This document shows, piece by piece, positions 1 to 12,208 of a DNA stretch of 64,000 bases. The DNA comes from Ginglymostoma cirratum (taxonomy: Eukaryota). The stretch spans positions 67,070,245-67,134,244 of the forward strand of contig JAHRHZ010000133.1 of the NCBI GenBank assembly GCA_024137785.1, read 5' to 3'. The first letter of the stretch is position 1; each line of letters begins with the position of its first letter. Both the position numbers and the translations under genes were made by a program. Below the pieces are notes generated by a model. The model saw only the letters and a list, made by a program, of their open reading frames with translations. It did not search any database and was not told where the DNA came from.

Positions 1-625
1 AAGCCTATTAAGTGCTACGATTAGGATTGTGATCCGCTGTGGCTTTTTCTCATCTTACAATTCAAAAAAAATTTGTGCAATTCCAATCCTTCCTCCCCAT
101 ATTTAAAAAAAAAATAAAAGAATGAATAAACGCGGCTTCTATTCAAGAAATTACTGCGTTGAGTAGCTTAACTATTAAATTCCACATAAGCAGTGGCCCG
201 GGTCAAGGGTTATTTCTACAGGTCTGCACCTCAAAATGCAAGTAATCTCAGGTTTGTTTTTTTGAAAAGTGGGTAAAATCAAAAGGGATACCCAAAACAA
301 AACAAAAAGAAGTTTCAAACAACAAAAATAAAAAGGAAAAGGAAAAAAAAGTACCTGCACATGATGCTTGAAAAAATATTTTAAAAAAAAACAATAAATA
401 CAGAAATTATTGCACAGTTGAAAAGGCTCAACATTATTTTACTGCCTCTATATCACCCTCAGGTTTGATTGAGCTTCTCAGACACAAATTATACCTTGAA
501 AATATTTAAGTGCCACAGGAGGCACTCTGGGCCGACTTTCTCAGTTGGCAATTAATTAAGCTTTACAATTGAATTTTTTGTGTGTGTTTTTTTTTAAAAC
601 CAAGTCTCTTTTACTTCAAGGAGCT
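1..625 (-). other. BCL11B: Proximal 3' UTR of BCL11B (probably continues past the window edge)
   Basis: Lies directly after the stop codon, is U-rich on the minus strand and contains no recognisable repeats. Confidence 0.85.
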
Positions 626-2628
626 TTAACTTCTTTCTGCTTGTTCGATTTTTACGTCGCTTGTCAGCAAATGTTCTCCATGCCATTTTTTCATGTGTTT
701 CTCAAGGGTGCTGTAAACGCTGAAGGGCATTTGACAAATGTCGCACCTGTAAACCTCCTTGCCGATCTGGCCGTGCGTTTTCATGTGGCGCGTCAGCTTG
801 CTGCTCTGGGCGCATGCATAGTTGCAGAGCTCGCATTTGTAAGGCCGTTCGCCGGTATGGCTCCTGCGGTGCACTGTCAAGTTGCTGCAGTTTTTGAACA
901 CTTTGCCGCAGTACTCGCAAGTGTCGCTCCGGCGTCCTTCCTTGGAGCTCGGCCTCCCCGGGCCGGGCCCTCCCATGTGAGGGGTACTGCCGCTGCTGGC
1001 TGTGCCACTGCGGCCCGAGAGTCCCCCATCCAGCATGTCTCCAGGCGGTGTGGAGAACCTCAGGCTGCCGTTCTCCGAGGAGTGCTCAGAGGAAGTGGCA
1101 AAAGGAGATTGTCTAGAGTCGCCGAATCCCAGGAATGGGTCTTTCATGAAGTGCCTTGATGCTGCGTAGCCCACCAGCCATTGAGAGTAAACATTCTCAG
1201 AGGGAATTAAAGGTGCCGAGGACAAGTCCAGGTCTTTCTCCGTTTTAATTCTTTTTGAAGAAGCGACTGACAGAGAGGGACTAGTGATGAGAGGTGGTTT
1301 CCGAGGCAACGTGATAGGGAAAGATTCACCAGGACCAAAGCCTCTTCCGTTCACTGTGCCATCTTCTGGTCGATCCAGTTCGCCTGCGACAGAGTCCTCG
1401 TCTCCAGTGTCTCTCTGACCGTCGGAGGATCGTTTTGAGAAGCTATTACGCTTCTGCTTATCGGTAAGCACGTCACTGTAATGTTGGATTGCACGGAGAC
1501 CTACATTTTCCATGACTTTGCCCAGAACACAGTGCTTTTCATTCACTGGCAGTTTGAAGCCATTCTCTCGGTTGCGACTCAGCTCGGAGTCCATACTGAA
1601 ACTAGACTCGGGCCGGCTTTCATTTTCCAGTTCCTCTTCCTCTTCCTCCTCCTCCTCCTCTTCTTCCTCCTCGTTCTCATTCATTTGACCAGTGTTGAAA
1701 TTGGTTATGTTGGCTTTCAGGCCACATCCCTCCCCGCTTGCATGTTCACTGGTGCCGGGTTCAGGTGAGCTCGTGGTGGACAGCCCATCGTCTGACCTGG
1801 CTGTGACGGAGGCTGACTTGTGCATGTGTGTCTTCATGTGACGTTTCAGCTTGCTGGCCTGGGAGCAGGCGTGGTCGCACAGCTGACACTTGTACGGCTT
1901 CTCCCCCGTGTGGCTACGCCGGTGGACTATCAGATTGCTCTGAAACTTGAAGGTCTTCCCACAGAACTCGCAGGACTTGCTCTTCAACTGTGACTGAGGA
2001 GGAGTTGTGCTGCTGGGGGGCATGGGGGGGAGTGGCGGCGTGCTCAGAAATGGTGACTTGGGGCTGGGTTGGAAGGGCTGAAGCAAGCGATGCATAGGAT
2101 TGTGACGGCTGGGCGACAAGGGCGGAGTAGAGCTGTTGTTCCCTGCTAGTTCTCGGAGCCTCCTGGAGAAGTCCATAGACTGGGATTCGATACCCAGTGG
2201 GTGGTTCAAGCGCATTACTCTGTCAAAGGCACTATGATGCTGAGATACCAAGCCCATTTCATCAGCATTAAGGCGGTCCAGACGATGCGGGTCTAGATGA
2301 TGGCGAGGCGGCGGGCTGAAAATGGGGGGAGTATTGGGGAGACGGCCATCACCAAAGCCCGGGTGTTCCTGAAGTATAGGTCCAGTCATCCGCAGCAGGT
2401 TGAAAGGATTGTTCTCACCGAGAAAAGTAGTAAGGGGGGACTGAGAGATTGGATCTGGTCCCAAGGAGGGGGGAAGGCCAATCCGAGGGGTAAGGGGACT
2501 GTTCGACGGATGCGTTTCCAAGTAAATCCGGAATCCGTGTGTATTCTGTGCATGTTGGAGCAGGAACCAAGCACTCATAAAAGGCTGCTTGCATGTTGTG
2601 CAAATGTAGCTTGAAGGCTCATCTTTAC
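626..2628 (-). CDS. BCL11B: BCL11B (CTIP2) terminal coding exon; C2H2 zinc-finger transcription factor
   Basis: Translation runs (G)[16 protein letters not shown]...[20 protein letters not shown]. It has a single finger, a finger pair ([28 protein letters not shown]), a poly-E tract and a C-terminal finger triplet. The KIEQAERS ending matches BCL11B rather than BCL11A. Phase-1 acceptor ttttcttgcag|GTAAAGAT; stop TAA at 628-626. Confidence 0.97.
1633..1677 (-). repeat. GAR triplet repeat encoding the poly-Glu tract
   Basis: (tcc/ttc)n on the plus strand; the translation contains a long E run. Confidence 0.9.
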
Positions 2629-2655
2629 CTGCAAGAAAACAGAAAATGAGCTTTA
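2629..2655 (-). other. 3' splice acceptor and polypyrimidine tract of the terminal exon
   Basis: Minus strand reads ctcattttctgttttcttgcag|G, with the AG at 2630-2629. Confidence 0.93.
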
Positions 2656-2699
2656 AAATATAATCACTCATACAATACAATCTAAAATATTACCAAAAG

Positions 2700-3580
2700 C
2701 AACCTTCATCATGTAGCACTTTAACATGGCAAAGTGTCCTGATGCACTTGACAAAATTGCCAGACAAATTCTGATATGCACCACAGAAGCAAATATGACA
2801 ACAACTGACTAAATCATAAGCATATCAAAGTAGGTTTAAGGAATGTTGATAGGAACACAGAGAGCTAGAAAGCTGGAGGTTTATCAAGGGAATTTCAGAA
2901 CACGGGGTCTCGATCCACATGCTCCAATGACAGGGTAACTGAGAAGTGGGAGATACGCAAAAGGCAACAACTGGAGATCCTAAAGGGTGAGAGGACTGGA
3001 ACAGTTTACTATTAAACACAGTACAGCATAGCACAGGAACAGGCCCTCTGGCCCACCTTGTCTTCGCCAACCACGATGCATTCTAAATTAATCCCATTTA
3101 TCTGCACAAGGTCCGTATCCCTCTACTCCCTGCCTGTCTCTGTCTAAATGCTTCTTAGAAGTTGCTATTGTATCTGCTTCTACCACTTCCCTGGCAGTGA
3201 GTACTAGGTACCTACCACCCTCTGCGTAAAAAACTTGCCTTGCAAATCTTCTTTGAACCTTCTCCCTCTCACCTTAATCCTATGTCCCTAGTATTCAGCA
3301 TTTCCATCTGACTATGCAAGGAGGCTATGCCTCTCATAATTTTACACACTTCTAAGGATGCCCCTCAGCCTCTGACACTCTAGCAAAAACAATCGAAGTT
3401 TGTCCAACCTCTCCTTATAGCCAAGAGATGTGGTTGGACGGGGATTGCGGGGTGGCTGCCAAACAAAGTTACAGGGAGATTTGAAATCTAAGGATCAGAG
3501 TTTTAAATTCGAAGCGTCGCTGGAATGGCAGCCAGTATAAGCTGGTGAACACATGGGACAATACATAAATAGAATTTGGT
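2700..3580 (-). mobile_element. Old L2-type LINE 3' fragment interrupted by a CR1 fragment
   Basis: Resembles a reversed L2 3' end (tagcactttaac...aaagtaggtttaagg...agggaatttcagaac). It resumes after ~3420. Confidence 0.5.
3010..3420 (-). mobile_element. CR1/HER1 LINE 3' fragment
   Basis: Typical reversed CR1 tail: acaggccctctggcccacc...ccaccctctgcgtaaaaaacttgcc...caacctctccttatag. Confidence 0.8.
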
Positions 3581-6099
3581 TCAACGATATCAACCTCAAA
3601 ACCAAAAATCAATGAAAGACAATATTATCCATGGGCAGATTGTGCCTTTCCTGCATCAACAGCTACTTGATCACTGGTAAGCATTGTCAGACGCAGGGAA
3701 CTTCACTGATAGATGGGAAAAATAAAAGGTCATCCAACCCAACGTACACCGTCTTCGCGAAATTCAGACCTAAGTGCAGGAAGGAGAGAATCTGTGCATG
3801 TCTTGCTGGTTTATAAACACAGGGCTGTTTTACAGGCACCTAACCATGCTGCTGAAATGAGTGGGAACAAAAGTAAAAATCATACATTTGGAGACAATAA
3901 ATTTTGAATATTCAAGTCTACAAAGAGTTGAGGTAAGAATAATTCATTTTCTTTGCATTACACAGGCTGAGCTGTTTTACTTCCTTTCGGTGCTGCCTGA
4001 AAGTTACTAGCAGTGACTTTCAAAAGGGAATCGAATAAATACTCGAAAAGCAAATGTTTGCAGGACCAAAGGGAAAGAGCAGGGCAAGTGGAACGAACTG
4101 GATAGAATTTTTCAAAGAGCCGAATGTCAATATCCTACGTTTTTTTCAATCTAGGAGGGACGAGATTTCAGTAGAATTTGAAATCAAGTATCAGAGGGTC
4201 TGGTATAACTAAGGAATTCCAGTGCTGATGGTTCAAAAGAGGAGTTAGGGTAACGCTATGTTCCCTGACTTTACAGACTGTAGGGGTGGAGAGAGGAGAG
4301 GAAAAAAAAAAGAGATTGCCAGATATCTGTGTAGCTGCTCTCATCACTTTTTAAATTTCAACAGAAGTCAATTTTCTATTGGCTTTAATCTGATGCTGTG
4401 GCAGAATAACTTATAATACAGTCGACCAAAAGCTATTTTTCAATAATTAACAAACATGCATGGACTGAATCATGTAGCATTATCTTAACTGGTAAATTAA
4501 AATAAGCCAGAGACCTCTAATAGCAACAGAGGTCAATTGTAAAGACCACTCACATCTTGTCTAATCAGCTGCACTCTCACAGCTCAATTTATTGCAGTCA
4601 CTGATACACAGCAGTGGAATACCATAGTCAGGAGTCAAGCAGAAATGAGAAAGACGTGCCTTATGCAACGGTTCCTCTAGTTGTAACAACTCAGCTGCCT
4701 CCCCAAATCTTAACCACCTGCCCTAACCCACGCCCCAGTCTTTATCAACCACTACTTTTAACCTCGGTTTTCTTTTTTCCTGAAATGTGCACTGCAGTAC
4801 AAATTTTATTATTTGGCTGCTGAAATAAATCCTCGAGCTGCGGCCTTATTTTTTTTGGCTACCACAGACACAACCAGCCGAATGGCCCCTTTCTGCATGA
4901 CAAATTTCTATGATCCCATAATCAGGAAACGAGATTCAAAGCTTCAAAACAAGCATGATAGGAATATCCCACTGCAGGTGAAATTGGTCAGAAGCAGTTT
5001 CTGGATTAACGCAGTTATCTGAGCAGACCTAAGTTCTCTCGAGCTTCAGACACAGGAGTCAGCAGTTCAATATTAATACTGTTAACTCCAAGTATATCTT
5101 CACTATATAGAATCTATAAGGAGATCCCAGGACTGGGATTGTATCCATTTAATGTGCGGCTGCATCCTTCACCTTGGGTTTTACCTGCTTTTCCTGACTT
5201 TAAACTAATCTATTAATCAGAGACAGCTGTTCAATTATACTTCAAAAAATTTACTAGAGATCTCTACAGCCACTTCCATATGGTTCCTGATGAAGGGAAC
5301 TTTAATGACCTGCTCACTGCTACACTACTGAATGAAGAATACCATTAATGTTTTTTCATTAAGACTGTCCCAGTACATTGTGTTTAATATGATAGCCTAA
5401 TTCTTTATCTTTTACTGACAGGAGTTAACACACCACCACCACCATGCAGACACTGCCCTCCCCCATTTTAAATGAGAATGATGGGCAAATGAGACAATTT
5501 CCAGTGCAAGAATGTATCTCAACTTCCTTTTCCTCCCACACCACTCACCAACCTCCCCCCCCACCCCACTCCACCACCACTACCCCTTAATACATATGTT
5601 TTATAGCCATTAAAACAAAAAATAATACAAAGAACATTTATCTTGTTGACTTGGGAATTCGTCTTCTCACGTTGCTGAAATTCCGCATGAGCCATGCGAC
5701 TAGGCAACTGTTTCTGACAGCTTCAGGCTGAATCGCAGCCAAGAGAAAGAAGAAAGTAAAATATACAGTGCCTTTAGAAACATGCAAGGGTTCCCACTTG
5801 AAAATACACATCCACCTAACACATGGCTTTTTCATTAGGAGTGTTTCAGAGGTGAACTCACAATTTAACTGGAATTCTCAAAAAACCACTGGGTTTTGCC
5901 ATCTCCCTACTGACCCTAGGAAACACTCTCACTGCTACCCGCCAGCATTTCCACAAAGATGCCTTTAAACGTTTTCAACCAAGTTCCCTCAGATCTCTTC
6001 AGCTCAGTTCTGGCAATAGATCTGCACAGATCAGTCATCTCTATAGAGAAACAATGCCTTGCATTGTGAAGCCCCATCTCCACCACCACCAATCACTTA

Positions 6100-6590
6100 A
6101 AAAGTGTGTTGCAGGCATCAAGCCACAGGAACTGGAGGAGACCATTTGGCAAATCCAGCTCAACAGGTTATTGACCGAATTCAACACTCTTCCCATTTTG
6201 TAGCTTTTTTCCAGATCCCCTCCATCTTTCTGATTGTCAAGAAATGCATCTAACTGTCTCCTAAAGAACCTGTATCATTTGTGTCTGACATATTTTCCCC
6301 GTTTAACTTATTCCATATGGCCATTTGCACAAATTCCCTAATCACTCCTAATTTTTAAATGACATCCCTTAGTTTCTGAACCCTACTTTAAACTAAGGTG
6401 AAATAAATCAACAGGAAAGGTAACTGTAGCAAACAGACGTTTTTTTAATAGGTTCAACAGGCAACAGATACGTTTCTGGGACAGACAAGGGAATAAGACA
6501 ATGGTTAGACGACGCTGAACTAAGCAAATGGTCTGGTGGATTTGCTAGATTTTTACTGGGTCCTAACATCTTTTATATTTCTATTTCTAT
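6100..6590. mobile_element. Two highly decayed CR1 3' ends in opposite orientation
   Basis: ggagaccatttggc...aactgtctcctaaa on the minus strand, then a plus-strand tail ending tttctatttctat. Confidence 0.45.
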
Positions 6591-6621
6591 AGTTAATGCA
6601 CAAAATGTACTACATCAAATG

Positions 6622-6822
6622 ATGAATGCTAGAGGAAGTGGCGGAGGCTTGTACAACTACAACATTTAAAAAGCATCCGGATGGGTACACGAATAGGAAG
6701 GGTTTAGAGGGATATGGGCCAAATGCTGGCAAATGGGACTAAGTTAATTTAGGATATCTGGTCAGCATGAACGAGTTGGAGCGAAGGGTGCGTTTCCGTT
6801 CTGTACATCTCTATAACTCTAG
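6622..6822 (+). mobile_element. CR1/HER1 LINE 3' end
   Basis: acaacatttaaaagcatccggatgggtacacgaataggaagggtttagagggatatgggccaaatgc...ctctataactcta; same family as the 3' end of 48283-49525. Confidence 0.85.
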
Positions 6823-8870
6823 GACACTGAGTGGGGTAAGTTTTTAAGATTGAAATACTGGTTCTTTCAATCAATATTTGCATTTTATAAGAATAAGAGT
6901 TCCTGATGTGGCTTATTCTTCTAAAGAAAATGCCACATTTAGTTTCAACGCACTTACAGAGAAGCCACTTAACATCTAACCAGTAGGATAATTACTTTTT
7001 TTTTTATTTTTGTCCGTCCCCTCCTAATTTGATTGTATTTGTGATCTCCCTGGATTCTTGCTTCTTCCTAGATGCACTGGCCAAGTGAACTCTCCTCATG
7101 GGTACCCCTTGACAATGAATGGTGACAGGTTAACTGTCACCTAGTGGAAGAGCATATTTGCTGGAAAAAGGGTCGCTATAGGGATGGAACCTCTGGTTAG
7201 TTCTCCATTCTCTAAACCGTGGGACTGCAGCAAATTTAACGTCCTATTTACATGGTCAGTTGATTCCACAGATTGAGCCTGCGATGCTACAGGTTTGTAT
7301 GTCTCAAAAGATCAGAACTTTTTCTGAACCACAGGAATGTCAATCATTGTATTCTTCAACATAGGAATAAATTACCCTTGCTGGCTTATAGAAAGTAATT
7401 ACATTTTTGATACTGCTAAAAGCCAAGGAAAAATACTGAAATGATTCAAGCTGAGAATCAACAGCAAACCCACCAAACTATATACAACTTTCCTGATGTA
7501 CCAGTTTGTAAAAAATTACCATCAACCTTAGTGCAATTTTACTTTGTTCACCTTATTGTTTTAAAATTGACATTTTGTGGTATCATTGGGGTTCTGACCT
7601 GGAACATTAGGCAAACCACACAGCACAAGACAGCTGAACCATCACTAAGACAGCAAATTATTGAACTATTAGTAAGAGACCATCATTAATCTAGAATAGT
7701 CATGTTAATTCAGCTAACCTACACTGTTGGGCTCAACACTTCCCCAATGACACCATGATTATCAGAACTGCTTTTTGTTTAATTAGTTGAAATGCAAGGA
7801 AAAGAAAGCTATTTACTGTAAAAGGAGAACTTACTGGCTGATGGATCCAACAGTTTTTTTTTAAAGCATATTCTAATCACAGGCTGACCATGACCCTCAT
7901 TCCATTCCTTCAGCCTAACTTGAATGAGACTTACAACTGATCGGCTCTGGATGAATGTAGTGCATGCCAGTGTTAAATCATGATCTCTCTCTCTCTTGCA
8001 CTATTCATGAATTCCTAATACATTTAAAACTTAGCCTGGCTTTTTATAAAGGCAAGGAATAAATAAAGTGATAATTTGACTTTCTTTACAGATTTATTTT
8101 TATTTACTCATCTATTATTATTCAAGCAATGATACATAGAAGATCGATAACAGACCAAATGTACGCAGTTTTCCTTTCACATGTAACTACACTGTCTACA
8201 GTGACTGATTCGGGTTATTCTTTGAGGCAGCTTTCATTAGTATATTTATCTACGAACAAACAAAGCCTGTTGAATAAAATTTCCACCTTTTAAATCCTGA
8301 TTGCTTACTTTGACATTTCATTATAGTTCTTCTCAAAGAAGGAAAGTTTACAGATCCACATGGACTAGATCTCCTGAGGGGGGTGCTGTTTTGGTTCACT
8401 CAGGTCAGCAGGGGAATCCTCATGCACTTCGAAGTTTTAACTTTGGAATATCATCACCTTTGCTACAAGTTAACCATGGTAAGAAAATAGTGAATGAAAC
8501 AGAAATAGACTAGGGAACTTCACCCTTCATGTCATGCAAGACAACCTGTCCAAATCATGTGCAATTAACAAGTCCAATCATCTTCAGGGACAAATGGGAA
8601 ATTCACAGAATTCTGATGCAAAAAAGCACAGAAAATCCCTTCTATCTACAAAATAAAACTTGGCTTAATTCAGTTACTGTGAACCAGTGTCTTAGCGAGT
8701 GTGCTAAAACAAGTTCCTGTACGACTGAACCGATGTACTCGCAAAGAGTGTTGCAATGAGACATGATTGGTCACAGTAAAATTGCAAAGTCCTGTCTCTG
8801 AAATTTAGACCAGGAATAACTCAATTTTGGTGCAGGTTTATGAAACAGGCAGGAGAGAAGTATCATTGTA

Positions 8871-9172
8871 AGGTACACTCACAAAAAGACTTTGTATTTC
8901 ATCAACAACACAAAAGCAAAATACTGCACACGCTACTTTTTTTGTTACCTTACCAGGTACAGAGCTTTTCTTAAATTAAAAAATATGTTGACATCCCAGC
9001 ATGTGCTGTGGTTAGCTCTAGGGCACACTCACAAAAAGGCTTTCTATTTCATCCGCAACACAAAAGCAAAATACTGTACATGTTACTTGTTTTTGTTACC
9101 TCACTAGGTATAGATGTGTTTTTTTTAAATTAAAAAAAATGTTGATATCCCAGCATGTGCTGTGGTTAGCTC
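8871..9172. repeat. Diverged two-copy tandem duplication, period ~150 bp
   Basis: acactcacaaaaag...atcccagcatgtgctgtggttagctc occurs twice, starting at 8871 and 9021. Confidence 0.92.
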
Positions 9173-9709
9173 AGCGATGCATAGTTATCAGTCGATGAGA
9201 TTTCATAAAAATCAATCAGAGAATGGCTAATTGAAAACCTTAGATTGTTAACAGTTATGTTTTCCATTAGCTTCTATCGTAGTAAATCTACACAAACCTC
9301 CTGCCTAATCCCACGAGCCAATGTACAGACAGTATTTTAATTTTAATGGAGCTATGCAGAGCATACATTTAGCAACTAAGTGGTAATTGACATTACACAG
9401 ACACAGTCTCATAGCCACATTATATAGGTTAGCAAATACAGAAGGGAGTCATTAATGGGGCAGAGCAAACAAATGATAATGTATGTATGCAGTGCTGAAC
9501 GATGTGATATTGAGTGTGTTGGGTCTTGTGGGATTTATAAAACAGGAAAAAATGACAACTGAGCACTAGTAAATTTGTCTCATTTGTCTATTAAATTAAA
9601 GGTCAGCCTTCTGACCTGAAACACAATAAAATATTGTAACTTCAGAGTGGGCCTATGTCGGTGCTTACTCAATTTGACTTTCAGCAAACTTGAAATGCTT
9701 TGCATCTAG

Positions 9710-10075
9710 TGTCAGCTTCATTCACTTGGTAACATATTTGCCTCCAAGTTAAGAAGGTTGAGTGCTGAAGTGTTACAGTGCACTCCAGTACCTAATTGAG
9801 GCCAAATTTTATATTTAGAAGAACTGCCAGGATGTTAGGGGTACTGTCTTTTATATATGATGTCAACCCAGCCCATCCTAACCCCACCCTAATCCAGAAT
9901 CATAGTCCTATCTGAAGACATTCTCCTGATGTTCCTAGTCAACTTTAATCATTCAGCCATGAGCAGCAAAGTCAGTCTAAGCGATCATGTGCTGTCTTGT
10001 GGGACGCTTTGTGTACAGAACTGGCTGCTGCATTTGGCCAAACAACAAGTCACTAAGAGGCTTTTCTGGTGCAAG
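9710..10075 (+). mobile_element. SacSINE1-like DeuSINE, decayed
   Basis: tRNA-like head plus Deu-like core (gctgtcttgtgggacgctttgtgtacagaactggctgctgcattt). Confidence 0.6.
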
Positions 10076-11589
10076 GGTAATGTCTATACCTCTTGGCCAG
10101 GTCTAGGTTCAAGTCTCACCTATGCCAGAGGTGTCACCTAACATGTCAGAACTGCAGTTAGTATAGTTCAAAAGATCTATACTGAATGTACAATATTCTG
10201 ACACAACTGGGGAAGAGGTAAGAACATGCATTTATACAGTAGCTTTCATTCCCCACTAATTTTCTGCAACTAGCAAAATTTGCTTATTCATGCCTTCATC
10301 AGAAATTAATAAATCCATTTCTCAAACTTCCCAGGTTCTGCAGAAATACCAGGCATCCGAGCACTTATGGTTTCATATTCAGACTTCCATCATTTGTAAA
10401 TCATTATTACTGACAAAAATAATTCTTCTCTGAAAGCAAATCAAACAGCAATGACTGAATGGCCATTATTTGCAACAACAGTGGAATGTCAACTCAAGTG
10501 GCTCAATTAAGAAAGAAAGGGATGTGGTGATACAGTCAAAATTCCAATGATGGATAAAAGAAAACTTTTCAAATTCTCTTGCTTCAAAAGATCTAAGAAA
10601 TTCTGTACAGTGAACTATGAAATGCTTTACTTTTCATCAATGTCCATTCTGAAATGACATCTTACTCGTCCGATTCTCTATATTTAAGAACAGCTAGTTT
10701 CAGACCACAGTGAGCCCTGTACAATTTCCTCTGGTCTCACATGTCGAGGCTGGAGCCTGTGTATGCAGAATGCAATGTCCGGATGTACGGTCTCTGTGGT
10801 TGCTTCCACCCTGAAACCTGACTGCCACTGTACTTTACTCTTAACAATTCTTCATGAGCTGATATTGGATACTAAGAACAAAGTATGGAAATGGGGAGGG
10901 GTAAGATTACAATCACTCTAGAATCTCTGCCAAGACCAACACCCTCTTGATCAGACTGTCCCCTGTGTGAAGTTCCATCCAACTTCTCGGCCTGTTCCCT
11001 TTTTTGGTCCTAAAATGACTACACCTAGACAACAAACACCAGGTTATGACCACCAGAAGACAGCCTGGGGATAAAAACTTGAAATGTTTCAATACTCCAA
11101 CACCAAACTTATATGTGCTTCGTTCACCTTGATTTTTTTTAAAGGCACTGATTGAATGTAGGCAGTATCTACCTTCAGTACATCGTCAATGAACGTCAAC
11201 AGAAAATCACTGCCATCACTGGCCCAGTCCTCACAAGATATTTAGGCACTTCCACTTTCAGATCCAAAGCAGACTAAATCTCTGTAGGGATGGAAAGTAT
11301 GTCCTGGATCACTGACCCGGGAGCCTCACGTAGGGCTCAATGTCTACATATATTAAAAGCCAAATCTCCCGGATCAGTCACTTCATCAACACTGGATCAG
11401 AGCAATGGAGCTCAGTGCACTGCTGACAAGTTGGACAGGCACTTGTGGAATCCTCAAGAAAATCCACTTGTGGAATGTGAGTACTGGCAGCAAGACCTCG
11501 TTTCTCTGGAAGGTGGCTGTGGACCTTCTTGAACAGTTGGCACTGGTTTAAGAAAACTGAAGAATCGATTTCAGACAGCAGTTTCAAGT

Positions 11590-12208
11590 TAACAAGGTGT
11601 GGGGCTGGATGAACACAGCAGGCCAAGCAGCATCATAGGAGCAGGAAAGCTTGACGTTTCGGGCCTAGACCCTTNNNNNNNNNNNNNNNNNNNNNNNNNN
11701 NNNNNNNNNNNNNNNNNNNNNNNNNNNNNNNNNNNNNNNNNNNNNNNNNNNNNNNNNNNNNNNNNNNNNNNNNNNNNNNNNNNNNNNNNNNNNNNNNNNN
11801 NNNNNNNNNNNNNNNNNNNNNNNNNNNNNNNNNNNNNNNNNNNNNNNNNNNNNNNNNNNNNNNNNNNNNNNNNNNNNNNNNNNNNNNNNNNNNNNNNNNN
11901 NNNNNNNNNNNNNNNNNNNNNNNNNNNNNNNNNNNNNNNNNNNNNNNNNNNNNNNNNNNNNNNNNNNNNNNNNNNNNNNNNNNNNNNNNNNNNNNNNNNN
12001 NNNNNNNNNNNNNNNNNNNNNNNNNNNNNNNNNNNNNNNNNNNNNNNNNNNNNNNNNNNNNNNNNNNNNNNNNNTTTCTGATGAAGGGTCTAGGCCCGAA
12101 ACGTCAAGCTTTCCTGCTCCTATGATGCTGCTTGGCCTGCTGTGTTCATCCAGCCCCACACCTTGTTATCTCGGATTCTCCAGATTCTGCAGTACCTTTT
12201 ATCTCTGA
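11590..12208 (+). mobile_element. Penelope-like insertion with inverted 5' arm around a 400-N gap; 17-bp TSD
   Basis: 11590-11674 is the reverse complement of 12084-12168. TSD agcagtttcaagttaac at 11577-11593 and 12209-12225. Confidence 0.85.
12075..12108 (+). ncRNA. Minimal type-I hammerhead ribozyme motif (Penelope-associated)
   Basis: ttt CTGATGA a gggt-ctag-gccc GAAA cGTC aag: core boxes, helix II and vestigial palindromic (acgt) helix III. Predicted cut after C12105. Confidence 0.75.

Noticed and set aside
569-1159. 196-aa plus-strand ORF, and other ORFs overlapping the exon
   Set aside because: These are antisense or alternate-frame shadows of the GC-rich zinc-finger coding sequence.
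2629-2680. N-terminal [17 protein letters not shown] of the 684-aa ORF
   Set aside because: It is intron read-through across the polypyrimidine tract; BCL11B homology starts at the acceptor at 2628.
7060-7320. Possible ancient SINE remnants (also 13265-13540 and 41850-42070)
   Set aside because: They look repeat-derived but are too decayed to assign a family or boundaries by eye.
11599-12159. ORFs spanning N runs (also 46419-46867 and 55633-56118)
   Set aside because: They are artefacts of assembly gaps.
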